DNA of 64,000 bases from an uncultured Candidatus Binatia bacterium (GTDB lineage: Bacteria > Desulfobacterota > Binatia > UBA9968 > JAJDTQ01), in contig OZ251459.1 of NCBI GenBank assembly GCA_965242525.1, positions 64,001 through 128,000 of the forward strand, read 5' to 3'. The translations under genes and the position numbers were made by a program. The notes beneath the pieces were generated by a model. The model was not told the origin of the DNA. It searched no databases and saw nothing but the letters and a program-made list of their open reading frames with translations. Of the stretch, positions 47,660-58,474 are shown one piece after another. Each line of letters opens with the position of its first letter. The first letter of the stretch is position 1.

Positions 47660-48550
47660 ATGTCGGAGCTCACGGACGCGGCCGCGGGCCTGTTCTACCG
47701 CTTTGCCGCAAGCGGCGCGTTGCCCGCTTCGTGGTTTCGCAGCGTCGATCCCGGCAGCGTGGCGAGGGCTAGACGCACCGGGAGGCTTCGCCTGGAGATC
47801 GTGAGCCACTGCTGGCGGTACGGGCATTTCCTGACCTACCAGCTCAGCTCCCTCGTCAACCACCGCACCGACCGGCTCCACGTCACCATGACCGTCTATC
47901 ACGCGCCGGAGGACGAACCGGTCCGGCGCGTGCTGCGGTTCTTCGAGGGCATCCGCGTGCCGGGGGTTTCGTGGCGCTGGCGCGCCCTTCCCAGGGAGAG
48001 CCTCTTCCGCCGCAGCATCGGCCGCAACTTGGCCGCCCGCTCCACCCGCGCCGACTGGATCTGGTTCACGGACGCGGACGTCGTGTTCCACGACGGCTGC
48101 CTCGCCGCGCTGGCGGACCTGTTGCAGGGCAGGGACGACGCCCTGGTCCATCCCCGGACGCCTCTGGGCACTCCGCTGTTGCCGGAAGACCACGAGTTGC
48201 TGCGGCAGGGCAGGGCCGGGCCCGCGGTGCGCGACGTACCGCGGGAGGAGTTCCGCCCTTTCGGCGGCAACCACGACCGGGCCAAGGGACCCTACCAGAT
48301 CACCCACGGCGACATGGCCCGGGCCATCGGTTACTGCGAGTCCATCGGCCTCTACCAGCGGCCCGCCCCCCGGTTTCGCAAGTGTTACGAGGACCGCGCG
48401 TTCCGTTGGCTCCTGGGCACGGACGGCGCCGCCCTCGACATCCCCGGGGTGTGCCAGATCCGCCACGCGGCCAAGGGACGGTACCGCGAGGGTTCGGCCG
48501 CGGGCAGGCTCCGCTCCTTCATGCGAAAGAGCCGGGACCCGCGAACCTGA
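47660..48550 (+). CDS. Glycosyltransferase, GT-A fold (family 2-like)
   Basis: RRSIGRN, WFTDADVVF (DxD), YEDRAF. Confidence 0.8.
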   Translation: MSELTDAAAGLFYRFAASGALPASWFRSVDPGSVARARRTGRLRLEIVSHCWRYGHFLTYQLSSLVNHRTDRLHVTMTVYHAPEDEPVRRVLRFFEGIRVPGVSWRWRALPRESLFRRSIGRNLAARSTRADWIWFTDADVVFHDGCLAALADLLQGRDDALVHPRTPLGTPLLPEDHELLRQGRAGPAVRDVPREEFRPFGGNHDRAKGPYQITHGDMARAIGYCESIGLYQRPAPRFRKCYEDRAFRWLLGTDGAALDIPGVCQIRHAAKGRYREGSAAGRLRSFMRKSRDPRT

Positions 48551-48624
48551 AACTCCGCCACCTCGGGGCGCTTCAGCTTTCGAGCGGGTAAGGCAGGAGG
48601 GAAAGGCGTACGACAGGGACCAGG

Positions 48625-48857
48625 CCGTCATTCCCGCGAAAGCGGGAATCCACTATGCCACCTGCCCGATTGTCCAGAGTCTCCTGTCCAATCTACAGGG
48701 CGCCAGGGGGTTTGCTCGCAAGGATGGAAACACAAGGGGTTTTCTGGATTCCCGCTTTCGCGGGAATGACGGGGGTGGGGCGTCTGCGGGAATGACAGGG
48801 TAGGTTTTCGCGGGAGTGACGGAGTAGGCGTCTGCGGGAGTGACGGAGTGGGTGTCT
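48625..48857. repeat. Family B REP doublet (REPIN/MITE-like) followed by four 24-26 bp tandem units
   Basis: Perfect 28-bp inverted arms CCGTCATTCCCGCGAAAGCGGGAATCCA (48625-48652 and 48745-48772) with a 92-bp spacer; units GCGGGARTGAC... at 48760, 48786, 48810 and 48834. Confidence 0.9.
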
Positions 48858-48926
48858 GCGGCGCCTGCCTTCCGGCTTGTTGCCCGGGTTGGCGGCCTGG
48901 TCGCGGGACCGGGCGCGCGCGGCCTT

Positions 48927-49639
48927 TCAGACGCCCAGGTAGCGGCGCCTTACGTCACCGGCCGCGGCCAGGGCCGCGGAGTCGCCGGTCCAGGTGATGC
49001 GGCCCTTCTCCATGATGTAGTGGCGGTCGGCGAGCTGCATCAGGGCGCCGTGGTTGCTGTCGATGAGCAGGATGGCCTGCCCGACGGCCTTGAGCCGGTC
49101 CAGACAGCGCCAGATCTCGGCGCACACGAGCGGGGCCAAGCCCTCGGTGGCCTCGTCCAGCAGGATGAGCCTCGCGTTGGTCATGAGCGCCCGACCGATG
49201 GCGAGCATCTGTTGCTCGCCTCCGGAAAGGGCGGAGCCCATGAAGTTCGTGCGGGACTCCAGCGCGGGGAACATGTCGTACACCCGTTCCAGGGTCCAGG
49301 GCTCTCCCCCCGCGCCCTCCGGACCGGCCCCGCGCCCCGCGGCCACCAGCAGGTTCTCCCGCACCGTGAGGTTGGGAAAGACCTGCCGCCCCTCCGGCAC
49401 CAGCCCGATGCCGGCCCGCGCCACCGCATGGCTCGGCCAGCCCCGTATGTCCACGCCCCGGAACCGGATGGTCCCTGCCCGGGGCCGCGCCAGTCCCATG
49501 ATGGACCTCACCGTGGTGGTCTTGCCCATGCCGTTCCGGCCCATGAGGGTCACCATCTCGCCGGCGTCCACCCGCAGCGCCACGTCGAAGAGGATCTGGC
49601 TGGAACCGTAGAAGGTCCGCACTCCGTCGAGCTCCAGCA

Positions 49640-49640
<1 letters not shown>
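48927..49640 (-). CDS. livF: HAAT-family ABC ATP-binding protein (LivF-like)
   Basis: GRNGMGKT, LSGGEQQ, LDEATEGLAP. Confidence 0.9.
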
Positions 49641-50381
<741 letters not shown>

Positions 50382-50389
<8 letters not shown>

Positions 50390-51365
50390 CGGAGTCCCTC
50401 CCGGACCGGAGCCAGCCCCAGACGCCGTAGCGGGCGAACAGCACCACGAGGACCAGCATGGGTCCCAGGACCACCATCCAGTGCTCCATGTAGGCGGACA
50501 GCGCCTCTTCCAGGAGGAGCAGCGCGGCCGCGCCCACCACCGGACCCATCAGCGTCCCCATGCCCCCCAGGATTACCATGACCATGATCTCCCCGGAGAC
50601 GGTCCAGTGCATCAGCCCGGGGCTGACGAAGCCCATGTAGTTGGCCATCAGCGCGCCGGCGAGGCCGGCCACGGCCCCGGCCACGACGAAGCCCGCGAGC
50701 TTGTAGCGATAGACCGGGAACCCCAGGGCCTGCATGCGCTGCTCGTTCTCCTTGCAGCCCTGCAGCACCATCCCGAAGCGGGAGTGGACCAGCCGCCGGC
50801 CGAGCAGCAGGAAGACCGCCAACGCGGCCAGGCAGACGTAGTAGAAGACCGTTTCGTTTTCCAGGTCGAGTCCCGGAACGCGGTTCCGCCGCCCGATGCC
50901 CAGGCCGTCGTCGCCGCCGTACACTTCCAGGGAAACGAAGAAGTAGTAGAGCATCTGCGCGAACGCCAGCGTGATCATGATGAAGTACATGCCGCTGGTG
51001 CGCAGGCTGACGGCGCCCACCAGGAGGGCCAGGACGGCCGCGGCCGCCGCGGCCAGGGGCCAGGCCGTCAGGGCGCTCTCCAGGCCGGCGAGGGAGGACC
51101 ACCCGGCCGGGGAGCCGCCGTCCGCGGCGTGGAACGAGAGGATGCCCACCACGTAGGCGCCCGCGCCGAAGTACGCCGAGTGGCCGAAGCTCACCATCCC
51201 GCCGAAGCCCAGGATGAGGTCGAGGCTCACCGCGGCCAGCGCGTAGATGAAGATCCGGGTGAAGAGGCCGATGAGGAACGACTCGTCCAGCGCCGCGGCC
51301 GCGGGGGGCAGGGCGGCCAGGGCCGCCGCGCCCGCAGCCGTGAGCACCGCCCTCGGGTCAGCCAT
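50382..51365 (-). CDS. livM: HAAT-family ABC permease (LivM-like)
   Basis: GMVSFGH, ITLAFAQ, ENE, ILGGMG. Confidence 0.9.
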
Positions 51366-52278
51366 GGGCCGGGAGGAGTCCCCTCGGGCGCCACACCAGG
51401 ACGGCCGCCATGAGGATGTAGATGGACATGGACGCGAGGGAGGCGCTGACGCCGTTGGCGGTGGCGGGGTCGAGGAAGAGGCCGAAGGAGACCGGCAGGA
51501 AGGCCCGGCCCATGGTGTCGATGAACCCCACCAGGACGGCTCCCAGGAGCGCCCCGCGCACGGAGCCGATGCCCCCGATGACGATCACCACGAAGGTCAG
51601 GATCAGGATGTTCTCGCCCATCCCCACCTCCACCGACCACACCGGCCCGGCCATGGCGCCGGCGAGCCCGGCCAGCAGCGCGCCCAACCCGAACACCAGA
51701 GTGTGGAGCATGGGGACGTTGACGCCCAGGGCGCCGATGATCTCGCGGTTGCTGGCCGCGGCGCGGATCATCATGCCCGTGCGGGTGCGCACGATGAGCC
51801 CGTAGAGCAGCAGCGCTACCAGGATGCCCACCGCGATGATGGCCAGGCGGTACACCGGGTAGTCCACGCCCGGAAGGATCCGGACCGCTCCCGACAGGGC
51901 CTCCGGCACGTCCAGGAACAGCGCGCGAGGACCCCAGACGATCTTGGTCAGCCCGTTGAAGAACAGGATGAGGCCGAACGTGGCCAGCACCTGGTCCAGG
52001 TGGTCCCGGGCGTAGAGGGTGCGCAGGGCCGCCACCTCCACGGCCACGCCCACCAGCGCCGCGGCGCAGAGCGTCGCCCCCAGGGCCAGCAGGAACGATC
52101 CCGTGAGCTGATAGACCGTGGCGCACACGTACGCGCCGACCATGTACAGCGAGCCGTGGGCCAGGTTGATCATCCCCATGATGCCGAACACCAGGGTCAG
52201 CCCGGCCGCCATGAGGAACAGCATCACCCCCAGTTGCAGGCCGTTGAGCGCCTGCTCGAGCACCATCAGGGCAGACAT
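51358..52278 (-). CDS. livH: HAAT-family ABC permease (LivH-like)
   Basis: GLTLVFG...NLAHG, VVIVIGGIGS, RPRGL. Confidence 0.9.
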   Translation of the reverse strand: MSALMVLEQALNGLQLGVMLFLMAAGLTLVFGIMGMINLAHGSLYMVGAYVCATVYQLTGSFLLALGATLCAAALVGVAVEVAALRTLYARDHLDQVLATFGLILFFNGLTKIVWGPRALFLDVPEALSGAVRILPGVDYPVYRLAIIAVGILVALLLYGLIVRTRTGMMIRAAASNREIIGALGVNVPMLHTLVFGLGALLAGLAGAMAGPVWSVEVGMGENILILTFVVIVIGGIGSVRGALLGAVLVGFIDTMGRAFLPVSFGLFLDPATANGVSASLASMSIYILMAAVLVWRPRGLLPAHG

Positions 52279-52363
52279 GGGACGTGCGCGCGAGCCGGGC
52301 GTCCCGCCTCACCCGGCCGGGAGGCCGTTCCCGTGGGGCGGGACGCCCGGGCAACGGGGGACG

Positions 52364-53527
52364 TTACATCCTGCACTGGCCGGCATAGGCGTCCGCGTGG
52401 TCGGAGAACGCCTTGCCGATGATCCGGTTGGTCAGCACCTTGCCCTCGCGCACCACCTCCCGGACGTGGATGTCCTGGACGGGATGCTGGTTCGGGCCGA
52501 ACCGGAAGCTCCCTCGCACCGACTCGAAGTCGGCCTTGCGCAAGGCCGCCCGGAACGCGTCCTTGTCGGAGACCTTGCCGCCGGTGCTCGCGAGCGCTCC
52601 GGCGATGAGCCGAGCCGCGTCATAGCCCTGGCTGGCGTAGAGCGAGGGGAGGCGGTCGTATGCCTTTCGGAACCCGGACACGAACGCCTCGTTGGCCGGG
52701 ACGTCGATGTCCTTGTTCCACTGGGAGGAGTTGACCACCCCCAGGGCCGCGTCCCCCACCGCCCCGAGGATGGTCTGGTCGAAGGAGAAGGCGGGGCCGA
52801 ACAGCGGTATCTTCCCGGTGAGGCCCGCCTGGTGGTACTGCTTGATGAAGCTGATGCCCATGCCGCCGGGCAGGAAGAAGAACACCGCGTCCGGGTTGGC
52901 GCCGCGCAAGGCCGCGATCTCTGCGGCGTAGTCCTTCTGGCCCAGCTTGGTGTAGGTCTCCCCGGCCAACGAGCCGTCGTAGAAGCGCTTGAAGCCCCGC
53001 AGCGCGTCCTTTCCCGCGGGGTAGTTGGGGGCGAGGATGTAGGGGTTCCGGTACCCCTTCGCCTTCACGTACTGCCCCATGGCTTCGTGGAGGTTGTCGT
53101 TCTGCCACGCCACGTTGAAATAGTTCTCGTGGCAGTCCTTGCCCGCCAGCAGCGAGGGACCGGCGTTGGGGCTGATGTAGAAAACCCCCGCGCCCACCAC
53201 TTTCGGCACCACCGCGAGGGCGAGGTTGGACCAGATGATCCCCGTCACGATGTCCACCTCGTCGCGTTTCAGGAAGCGGTTGGCCACCTGCAGCGCCTTG
53301 CCCGACTTGCGGGCGTCGTCCTCCACCAGCAACTCCACGGGTGTTCCGCCGAGCTTGCCGCCTTCCTGGTCCACGGCCAGTTTGAAGCCGTCCCGCACCG
53401 CCACCCCGAGGGCGCTCCCGCCCCCGGAAAGTGTGGTGATCATGCCGACCTTTACCTGGGCCCCGAGCGTGGCCGGCGCGCCGGCCAGCAGGGCCACGGT
53501 GAGAAACGCCATCGTCCGCTTGCGCAT
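52364..53527 (-). CDS. HAAT-family ABC substrate-binding protein (aromatic-acid-binding type)
   Basis: Signal peptide from ATG 53527; TGIIWSN, SPNAGPS, APNYPAGKD, FFLPGGMG. Confidence 0.88.
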   Translation of the reverse strand: MRKRTMAFLTVALLAGAPATLGAQVKVGMITTLSGGGSALGVAVRDGFKLAVDQEGGKLGGTPVELLVEDDARKSGKALQVANRFLKRDEVDIVTGIIWSNLALAVVPKVVGAGVFYISPNAGPSLLAGKDCHENYFNVAWQNDNLHEAMGQYVKAKGYRNPYILAPNYPAGKDALRGFKRFYDGSLAGETYTKLGQKDYAAEIAALRGANPDAVFFFLPGGMGISFIKQYHQAGLTGKIPLFGPAFSFDQTILGAVGDAALGVVNSSQWNKDIDVPANEAFVSGFRKAYDRLPSLYASQGYDAARLIAGALASTGGKVSDKDAFRAALRKADFESVRGSFRFGPNQHPVQDIHVREVVREGKVLTNRIIGKAFSDHADAYAGQCRM

Positions 53528-53596
53528 CGGTAAGGGAACCCCCTGTGCAAAGAGTCCGGGGATCATACACTTGAGGCCGGTCCATCGTCAACACGA

Positions 53597-53821
53597 CACA
53601 TGGCCATGGACGGGGAGACTTCCCTCGCCCTTCTTCCCCGTTCACATGGGACATGGAGGATGGGATTGCCCGCACCCTCTTTCCCGTTCACATGGGACAC
53701 GGAGGAAGGGATTTCTGCACCCTTTTCCCGTTCACATGAGCCATGGATGAGGGATTTCCCTCCCCCCTGACCTTCCACCCCCCGTTCGTCCTGAGCGTAG
53801 CGAAGCGAAGTCGAAGGACGC
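53597..53821 (+). repeat. Four ~45-bp tandem units ending in a family A core (copy 4)
   Basis: CACATG starts at 53597, 53643, 53689 and 53733; each unit ends in CCCGTT; core at 53782-53821. Confidence 0.85.
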
Positions 53822-53872
53822 GCTCGTTCCTCTACCTGAGACCGCCGCCCTCGGACGGTCTGCCGGTGCGGC

Positions 53873-54892
53873 TCAGCTCGCCTCCCGGTAGAGGTCCAGG
53901 GCCTTCAGCACCGGGGCGTCGCTCATGGACAGGAGGACGGCGTCGGCGGACGCGGAGTGGGCGTGCTGGCGCCACAGGGGCACCACGAAAGAGTCGCCCT
54001 TTTGCCACCGGTACTCCCGGCCGCCGATGATGGTGGCGCCGGCGCCCTGATAGACGTGGTAGATGACCGTGCTCGTGTGCCGGTGGGCCGCGGTCTCGCG
54101 GCCGGGCTCCAGGAACTGCACGGCGCACTGGATGGTGGGCATGGTGGGGCCTCCGCTGACCGGGTTGCGGAACTCCAGGAGGTAGCCGTCGAAGGGGTCC
54201 CGGCCCTTGCGGCTGCGCCGGAGCCGCTCCAGGTCCCGCTCCGTGTCGGCCCACTTGTAGTGGAAGAACTCCCCGGGCGGCGCAGCGGCCGGGCGCGCGT
54301 GGCCGTAGAACCCCGTCACCTCGTCACTGGTCGCCTCCAGCGTCTGCCGCTCCTGGTGGTAGGGCTCGAAGAAGAGCTGGTGCAACGCCTGGGCGAGGGG
54401 GATGTCGAGGCCGTCGAGCCACAGTATGGGCTTGCCCGATTCGTTGACGTGGTCGTGCCAGGAGAGCTGCGGCGTCAGGATGAGGTCGCCCTCTTCCATC
54501 ACGCACTGCTGGCCGTTGACCGTGGTGTAGGCGTCCCGTCCCTGCAGGACGAAGCGAAAGGCCGCGGCCGAGTGGCGGTGGGTGCGGGCGTACTCTCCGT
54601 CCTTGACGTACTGGAACGACACGTGGATGGTGTGCGTGGTGCCGTGGCCGCCGGGGATGCCGGGGTTCAGCAGGCGCACGGTGCGCCGCTCGGCGTCTTC
54701 GAGGCTCACCACCTCGCCGGCCCGGAGCAGGCTCTCGTGGACGTCCGCCCAACGCCACAGGTGCGGCTGGACGCTGGTGACGGGGTAGGGGGGCAGGTCC
54801 TCCAACCCCAGGCTCCAATGGCCTTCGAGGCTCTTCTCGCCCATGTCGCGGTTGAGCTGTTCGATGGAATCGAGGATGCGTTCCCGTTTCAT
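53873..54892 (-). CDS. Gentisate 1,2-dioxygenase-like bicupin
   Basis: AERRTVRLLNPG, HRHSAAAFRF, WHDH, WLDGLDIP, HRHTS. Start trimmed to ATG 54892. Confidence 0.85.
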   Translation of the reverse strand: MKRERILDSIEQLNRDMGEKSLEGHWSLGLEDLPPYPVTSVQPHLWRWADVHESLLRAGEVVSLEDAERRTVRLLNPGIPGGHGTTHTIHVSFQYVKDGEYARTHRHSAAAFRFVLQGRDAYTTVNGQQCVMEEGDLILTPQLSWHDHVNESGKPILWLDGLDIPLAQALHQLFFEPYHQERQTLEATSDEVTGFYGHARPAAAPPGEFFHYKWADTERDLERLRRSRKGRDPFDGYLLEFRNPVSGGPTMPTIQCAVQFLEPGRETAAHRHTSTVIYHVYQGAGATIIGGREYRWQKGDSFVVPLWRQHAHSASADAVLLSMSDAPVLKALDLYREAS

Positions 54893-55055
54893 TCCGGTCT
54901 CCCTCCGCGCGTCGTCTTGAACCGGCCCGATAGCATACACCACCGGGGGGACAAGTGGAACGCGGGCCTTCCGCCGCCCCCTCGTCGTTGCAATTGCCGC
55001 GGCAGCCCGATATGTCATGGTCTCGTTCGCCCATCTCCCGACGCAAGGAAGCTCC

Positions 55056-56033
55056 ATGCTGGTAATCTCCGAAGAACAGGTTCGAGGCATCCTGGACATG
55101 GATGAGTTGATCTCCGCGCTGGAGCAGGCCCACGTCCAGTTCTCCACCGGCAAGGCGGTCATGCCGGTGCGCCTGGTGGTCCCGCTGCCGGAGGTCGGAG
55201 GGCGGATCACGAGCATGCCGGCGTTCCTGAGCGAAGGGAGCGCCCTGGGGATCAAGATCATCTCCTACTTCCGGGACAACCCGAGACGGGGACTGCCGCC
55301 CATCCTCGCCACCCTGTCGCTCTACAGCGCCGAGACCGGCAAGCTGCTGGCGCTGATGGACGGGACCTACCTCACCGCGGTCCGCACCGCGTGCGCCTCG
55401 GCCATGGCCACCAGGGTCCTGGCCCGGGCGGAGACGCCGGTGCTCGGAGTCCTGGGGGCGGGCACGCAGGCCCGGACCCACATCAGGGCCCTCGGCAGGG
55501 TGCGCGCCCTCCAACGGGTCCTCGTCTGGAGCCCGTCGGGCGTCAGCGCCATCTACGTGAAGGAGGAGCTGGAGGAGGAAGTGGGCTGCGAGATCCTTCC
55601 GCAGGAGTCCGTGGAGGCGGTGGTCCGAGAGGCGGACATCCTGGCCACGGTGACGGCCGCGTCCGAGCCCGTCCTGAAGGCCGAGTGGTTGCAGCCCGGC
55701 GCGCACGTCAACGCCGTCGGCTCCCACCGGCCCGACGCGCGGGAGCTGGGGAGCGACACGGTGCAACGGGCCGTGGTGGTGGTGGACTCCCGCGACGCCA
55801 TCCACTCCGAGTGCGGCGACATCCTGTTGGCCATGGAGGAAGGCGCCATCACCCGGGACCACATACGGGGCGAGATCGGCGAGGTGCTGGCCGGCGCCAA
55901 GCCGGGACGGACCGGCGACCGCGAGGTCACCCTGTACAAGTCGGTGGGCATCGCGGTCCAGGACGTGGCCGCGGCCGCCCTCGTGTACCGTCGGGCGCTG
56001 GAACAGGGGATCGGCACGGAAGTGGAGATCTAG
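55056..56033 (+). CDS. Ornithine cyclodeaminase/mu-crystallin family imine reductase
   Basis: MPA, GIK, LTAVRTA, GAGTQA, YKSVGIAVQD. Confidence 0.9.
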   Translation: MLVISEEQVRGILDMDELISALEQAHVQFSTGKAVMPVRLVVPLPEVGGRITSMPAFLSEGSALGIKIISYFRDNPRRGLPPILATLSLYSAETGKLLALMDGTYLTAVRTACASAMATRVLARAETPVLGVLGAGTQARTHIRALGRVRALQRVLVWSPSGVSAIYVKEELEEEVGCEILPQESVEAVVREADILATVTAASEPVLKAEWLQPGAHVNAVGSHRPDARELGSDTVQRAVVVVDSRDAIHSECGDILLAMEEGAITRDHIRGEIGEVLAGAKPGRTGDREVTLYKSVGIAVQDVAAAALVYRRALEQGIGTEVEI

Positions 56034-56076
56034 GACACCCGGCGCCTCCCCCGGCGGACGCGCCCGGACGAGTCCC

Positions 56077-57264
56077 ATGGACACGGCCCAGGTCAGGCAA
56101 CGGATCGAGGAACGGCTGGACGAAGCGGAGCTTCGGCGGCTGCTGGTGAGGCTGGTGCAGACGCCGAGCCCCCAGACCGAGCTGCTGGAAAGGGAGCCGC
56201 AGGTGCTGGCGCTCATCCGGGACGTGGTGCGGCCGGAGCTGGAGGCGGAAGGCGTCGCCGCGGCCATCGACGGCATGGGCAACCTCACCGCGCGCTTGCC
56301 GGGCGCGGGGAGGGCGCCGGGTCTGGCGCTGGTCTCGTACGCCATGAACGCTGCGCCCGGCACGATGCCGGATCCGTACTCGGGGAAGGTGGTCGATGGC
56401 GCGCCCCATGGCCTTGACGGCCCGTGCGTGTGGGGCCGGGGCGCATGCGAGCAGAAGGGGAGTCTGGCGGCCATGCTCATGGCGGTGAAGCTGGCGGCCC
56501 GGAGCGGACGGGAGCTTCCCGGAGACCTCTGTTTCGTCACCAGCACCGCGGGCGAGAGCGGCAAGCACGAGTCCCTGGACTACGTGCTGTCCCGCGGCGC
56601 GGTCACCGCGGAATGGGGCCTCATCGACGGCCCGCCCGAGATCCAGTTGGGCAACAAGGGCCGTATCGACGTGCGCGTCGTCGTGCGCGGGCGCCCGGCC
56701 CACAGCAGCCGGCCGTGGGACGGCCTGAACGCGGTGGACGGCGCGGTGCGGGTGCTGGAGCGGCTCGCGCCGCTGATGCCCCATCCCGAGGACAAGAGCC
56801 ATCCCCACCTGGGCCGGGCCTCGCTCACCCCCACTGCCATCGAGAGCTACCCCAAGGCGACCCACACGATCCCCGGCGAGTGCCGCATCCGGCTGGACCG
56901 CCGGCTGCTGCCCGGGGACGACGCCGACGCCGCGGTGCGACAGATTGCACAAGCCATCGGCGCCATGGATCCCTACGAGGTCGTCCTGGAAAAGGAAGAG
57001 TTCATGTATCCCTGCGAGGTGGGGAAGGATGCCGGCGTGGTGGAGGCTCTGGGCGGCGCCATCCGCGCCATGCTGGGACGGGAGCCGGAATACGGCTTCT
57101 CCACCGCGGCCAACGACACCGGGCTGCTCAACGTCCGGGGCATCGAGACCGTCAACTACGGCTCCCGGGCGGTGCGTTTCCAGCACACCGACAACGACTT
57201 GGTGCCGGTCAGGAGCGTGGTGGAGGCCGCCAAGGTGTTCGCGTTCATGGCGCTCCACCGATGA
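56077..57264 (+). CDS. M20-family hydrolase-like protein (degenerate metal ligands)
   Basis: GNL, WGRGACEQKG, GNKG, AHSSRPWDGLNA, AAND, FQHTDND. Confidence 0.8.
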   Translation: MDTAQVRQRIEERLDEAELRRLLVRLVQTPSPQTELLEREPQVLALIRDVVRPELEAEGVAAAIDGMGNLTARLPGAGRAPGLALVSYAMNAAPGTMPDPYSGKVVDGAPHGLDGPCVWGRGACEQKGSLAAMLMAVKLAARSGRELPGDLCFVTSTAGESGKHESLDYVLSRGAVTAEWGLIDGPPEIQLGNKGRIDVRVVVRGRPAHSSRPWDGLNAVDGAVRVLERLAPLMPHPEDKSHPHLGRASLTPTAIESYPKATHTIPGECRIRLDRRLLPGDDADAAVRQIAQAIGAMDPYEVVLEKEEFMYPCEVGKDAGVVEALGGAIRAMLGREPEYGFSTAANDTGLLNVRGIETVNYGSRAVRFQHTDNDLVPVRSVVEAAKVFAFMALHR

Positions 57265-57360
57265 AGCGGCGGCCGGACGCGGCGCCGGCAGGCGGGGCAC
57301 GGGGCCGGCGGCTCCGGTCCTGTGGGGTTTCCGGCGGGGTCTCGTCCGAGGCGGCTTCGT

Positions 57361-57459
57361 CAGGTTCGGACAGCCCGGGTTCAGGCAGCCAGGTTTAGGG
57401 AAACCCTGAACGATTGCCCCCGTTCGTCCTGAGCGTAGCGAAGCGAAGTCGAAGGACGC
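57361..57459 (+). repeat. Family A core (copy 5) preceded by three degenerate 15-bp units
   Basis: Core at 57420-57459; upstream CAGGTTCGGACAGCC / CGGGTTCAGGCAGC / CAGGTTTAGGGAAAC. Confidence 0.75.
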
Positions 57460-57535
57460 GCTTTTCCACAGGGAGAGGGAGTCCAAGCCGGAACGGAACA
57501 GACGTTCCTCATGCAATTCCACGGGAGGTTCGAGC

Positions 57536-58417
57536 ATGCCCATGACCGACGCAAAGTTCATCGACGTGGACGGAGTCCGTACGCGTTATTTCGAGAAGGG
57601 CGAAGGGGAGCCGCTGGTGCTGTGGCACGGCAGCCACTTCGGCACCGAGGACGCGTGCGACAGCGCGCTGGACTGGGAGCCCAACTTCGACGGGTTGGCC
57701 GAGTCGTTCCGGGTCATCGCGGTGGACAAGCTCGGCCAGGGGCACACGGACAACCCCAGGACCGACGACGACTACACGCCGGCCGCGGTGGTGGAGCACG
57801 CCTACGGTTTCCTCAAGGCCCTGGGCATCCGGCAGGCCCACGTGTGCGGCCATTCCCGGGGCGGCTTCGTGGTTGCGCGGCTGACGCTGCTGCATCCCGA
57901 GGCGGTCAAGTCGTGCATCATCGTGGACAGCGGCACCCTCTCTCCCGGACCCTCCCTCACCGAGCTGGTCATGGCGGACGCGCCCGAGCCGCGCCTCGGC
58001 CGGGAGAGCCAGCGGTGGGTCCTGGAGCGCTATTCCTACGGCACCGGGCACATCACGGAACGGTGGGTGGACGCCGCGGTGGAGATCGCCGAGTTGCCCA
58101 AGTACCGGGAATCCGTGCGCAAGATGAGCGGACAGGGACTGAAGGGGAAGCTGTTCATGCCGAACCTCATCCTCGACAAGGAGGAGTGCCTCCAGTGGAT
58201 GATGGAGGGCCGGCTCAAGACCCCCACCCTGGTGGTGTGGGGCTACAACGACCCCACGGCCCAGTACCGGCGGGGGCTGTCGCTGTTCGAGTTCGTGGCC
58301 AACAGCACGGAGAACGCGCAGATGCACGTCATCAACAAGGCAGGCCATTTCTGCTACCGGGAGCACCCCGGGCAGTTCAACCGGGCGGTCAAGGGGTTCA
58401 TCGAGAGCCTCGACTGA
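57536..58417 (+). CDS. Alpha/beta-fold hydrolase (C-C hydrolase-like)
   Basis: DKLGQG, GHSRGG nucleophile, WGYND, AGHF. Confidence 0.88.
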   Translation: MPMTDAKFIDVDGVRTRYFEKGEGEPLVLWHGSHFGTEDACDSALDWEPNFDGLAESFRVIAVDKLGQGHTDNPRTDDDYTPAAVVEHAYGFLKALGIRQAHVCGHSRGGFVVARLTLLHPEAVKSCIIVDSGTLSPGPSLTELVMADAPEPRLGRESQRWVLERYSYGTGHITERWVDAAVEIAELPKYRESVRKMSGQGLKGKLFMPNLILDKEECLQWMMEGRLKTPTLVVWGYNDPTAQYRRGLSLFEFVANSTENAQMHVINKAGHFCYREHPGQFNRAVKGFIESLD

Positions 58418-58474
58418 CGCGCGCTTGGCGGACGCCGCAGGCGGGTCCCGTGGGCCGCGGGCGCGTCCGGTCCT

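Noticed and set aside
53597-53790. Possible CRISPR array or riboswitch upstream of the ABC operon
   Set aside because: The whole ~45-bp unit is repeated with decay; no unique spacers and no riboswitch consensus that I recognise.
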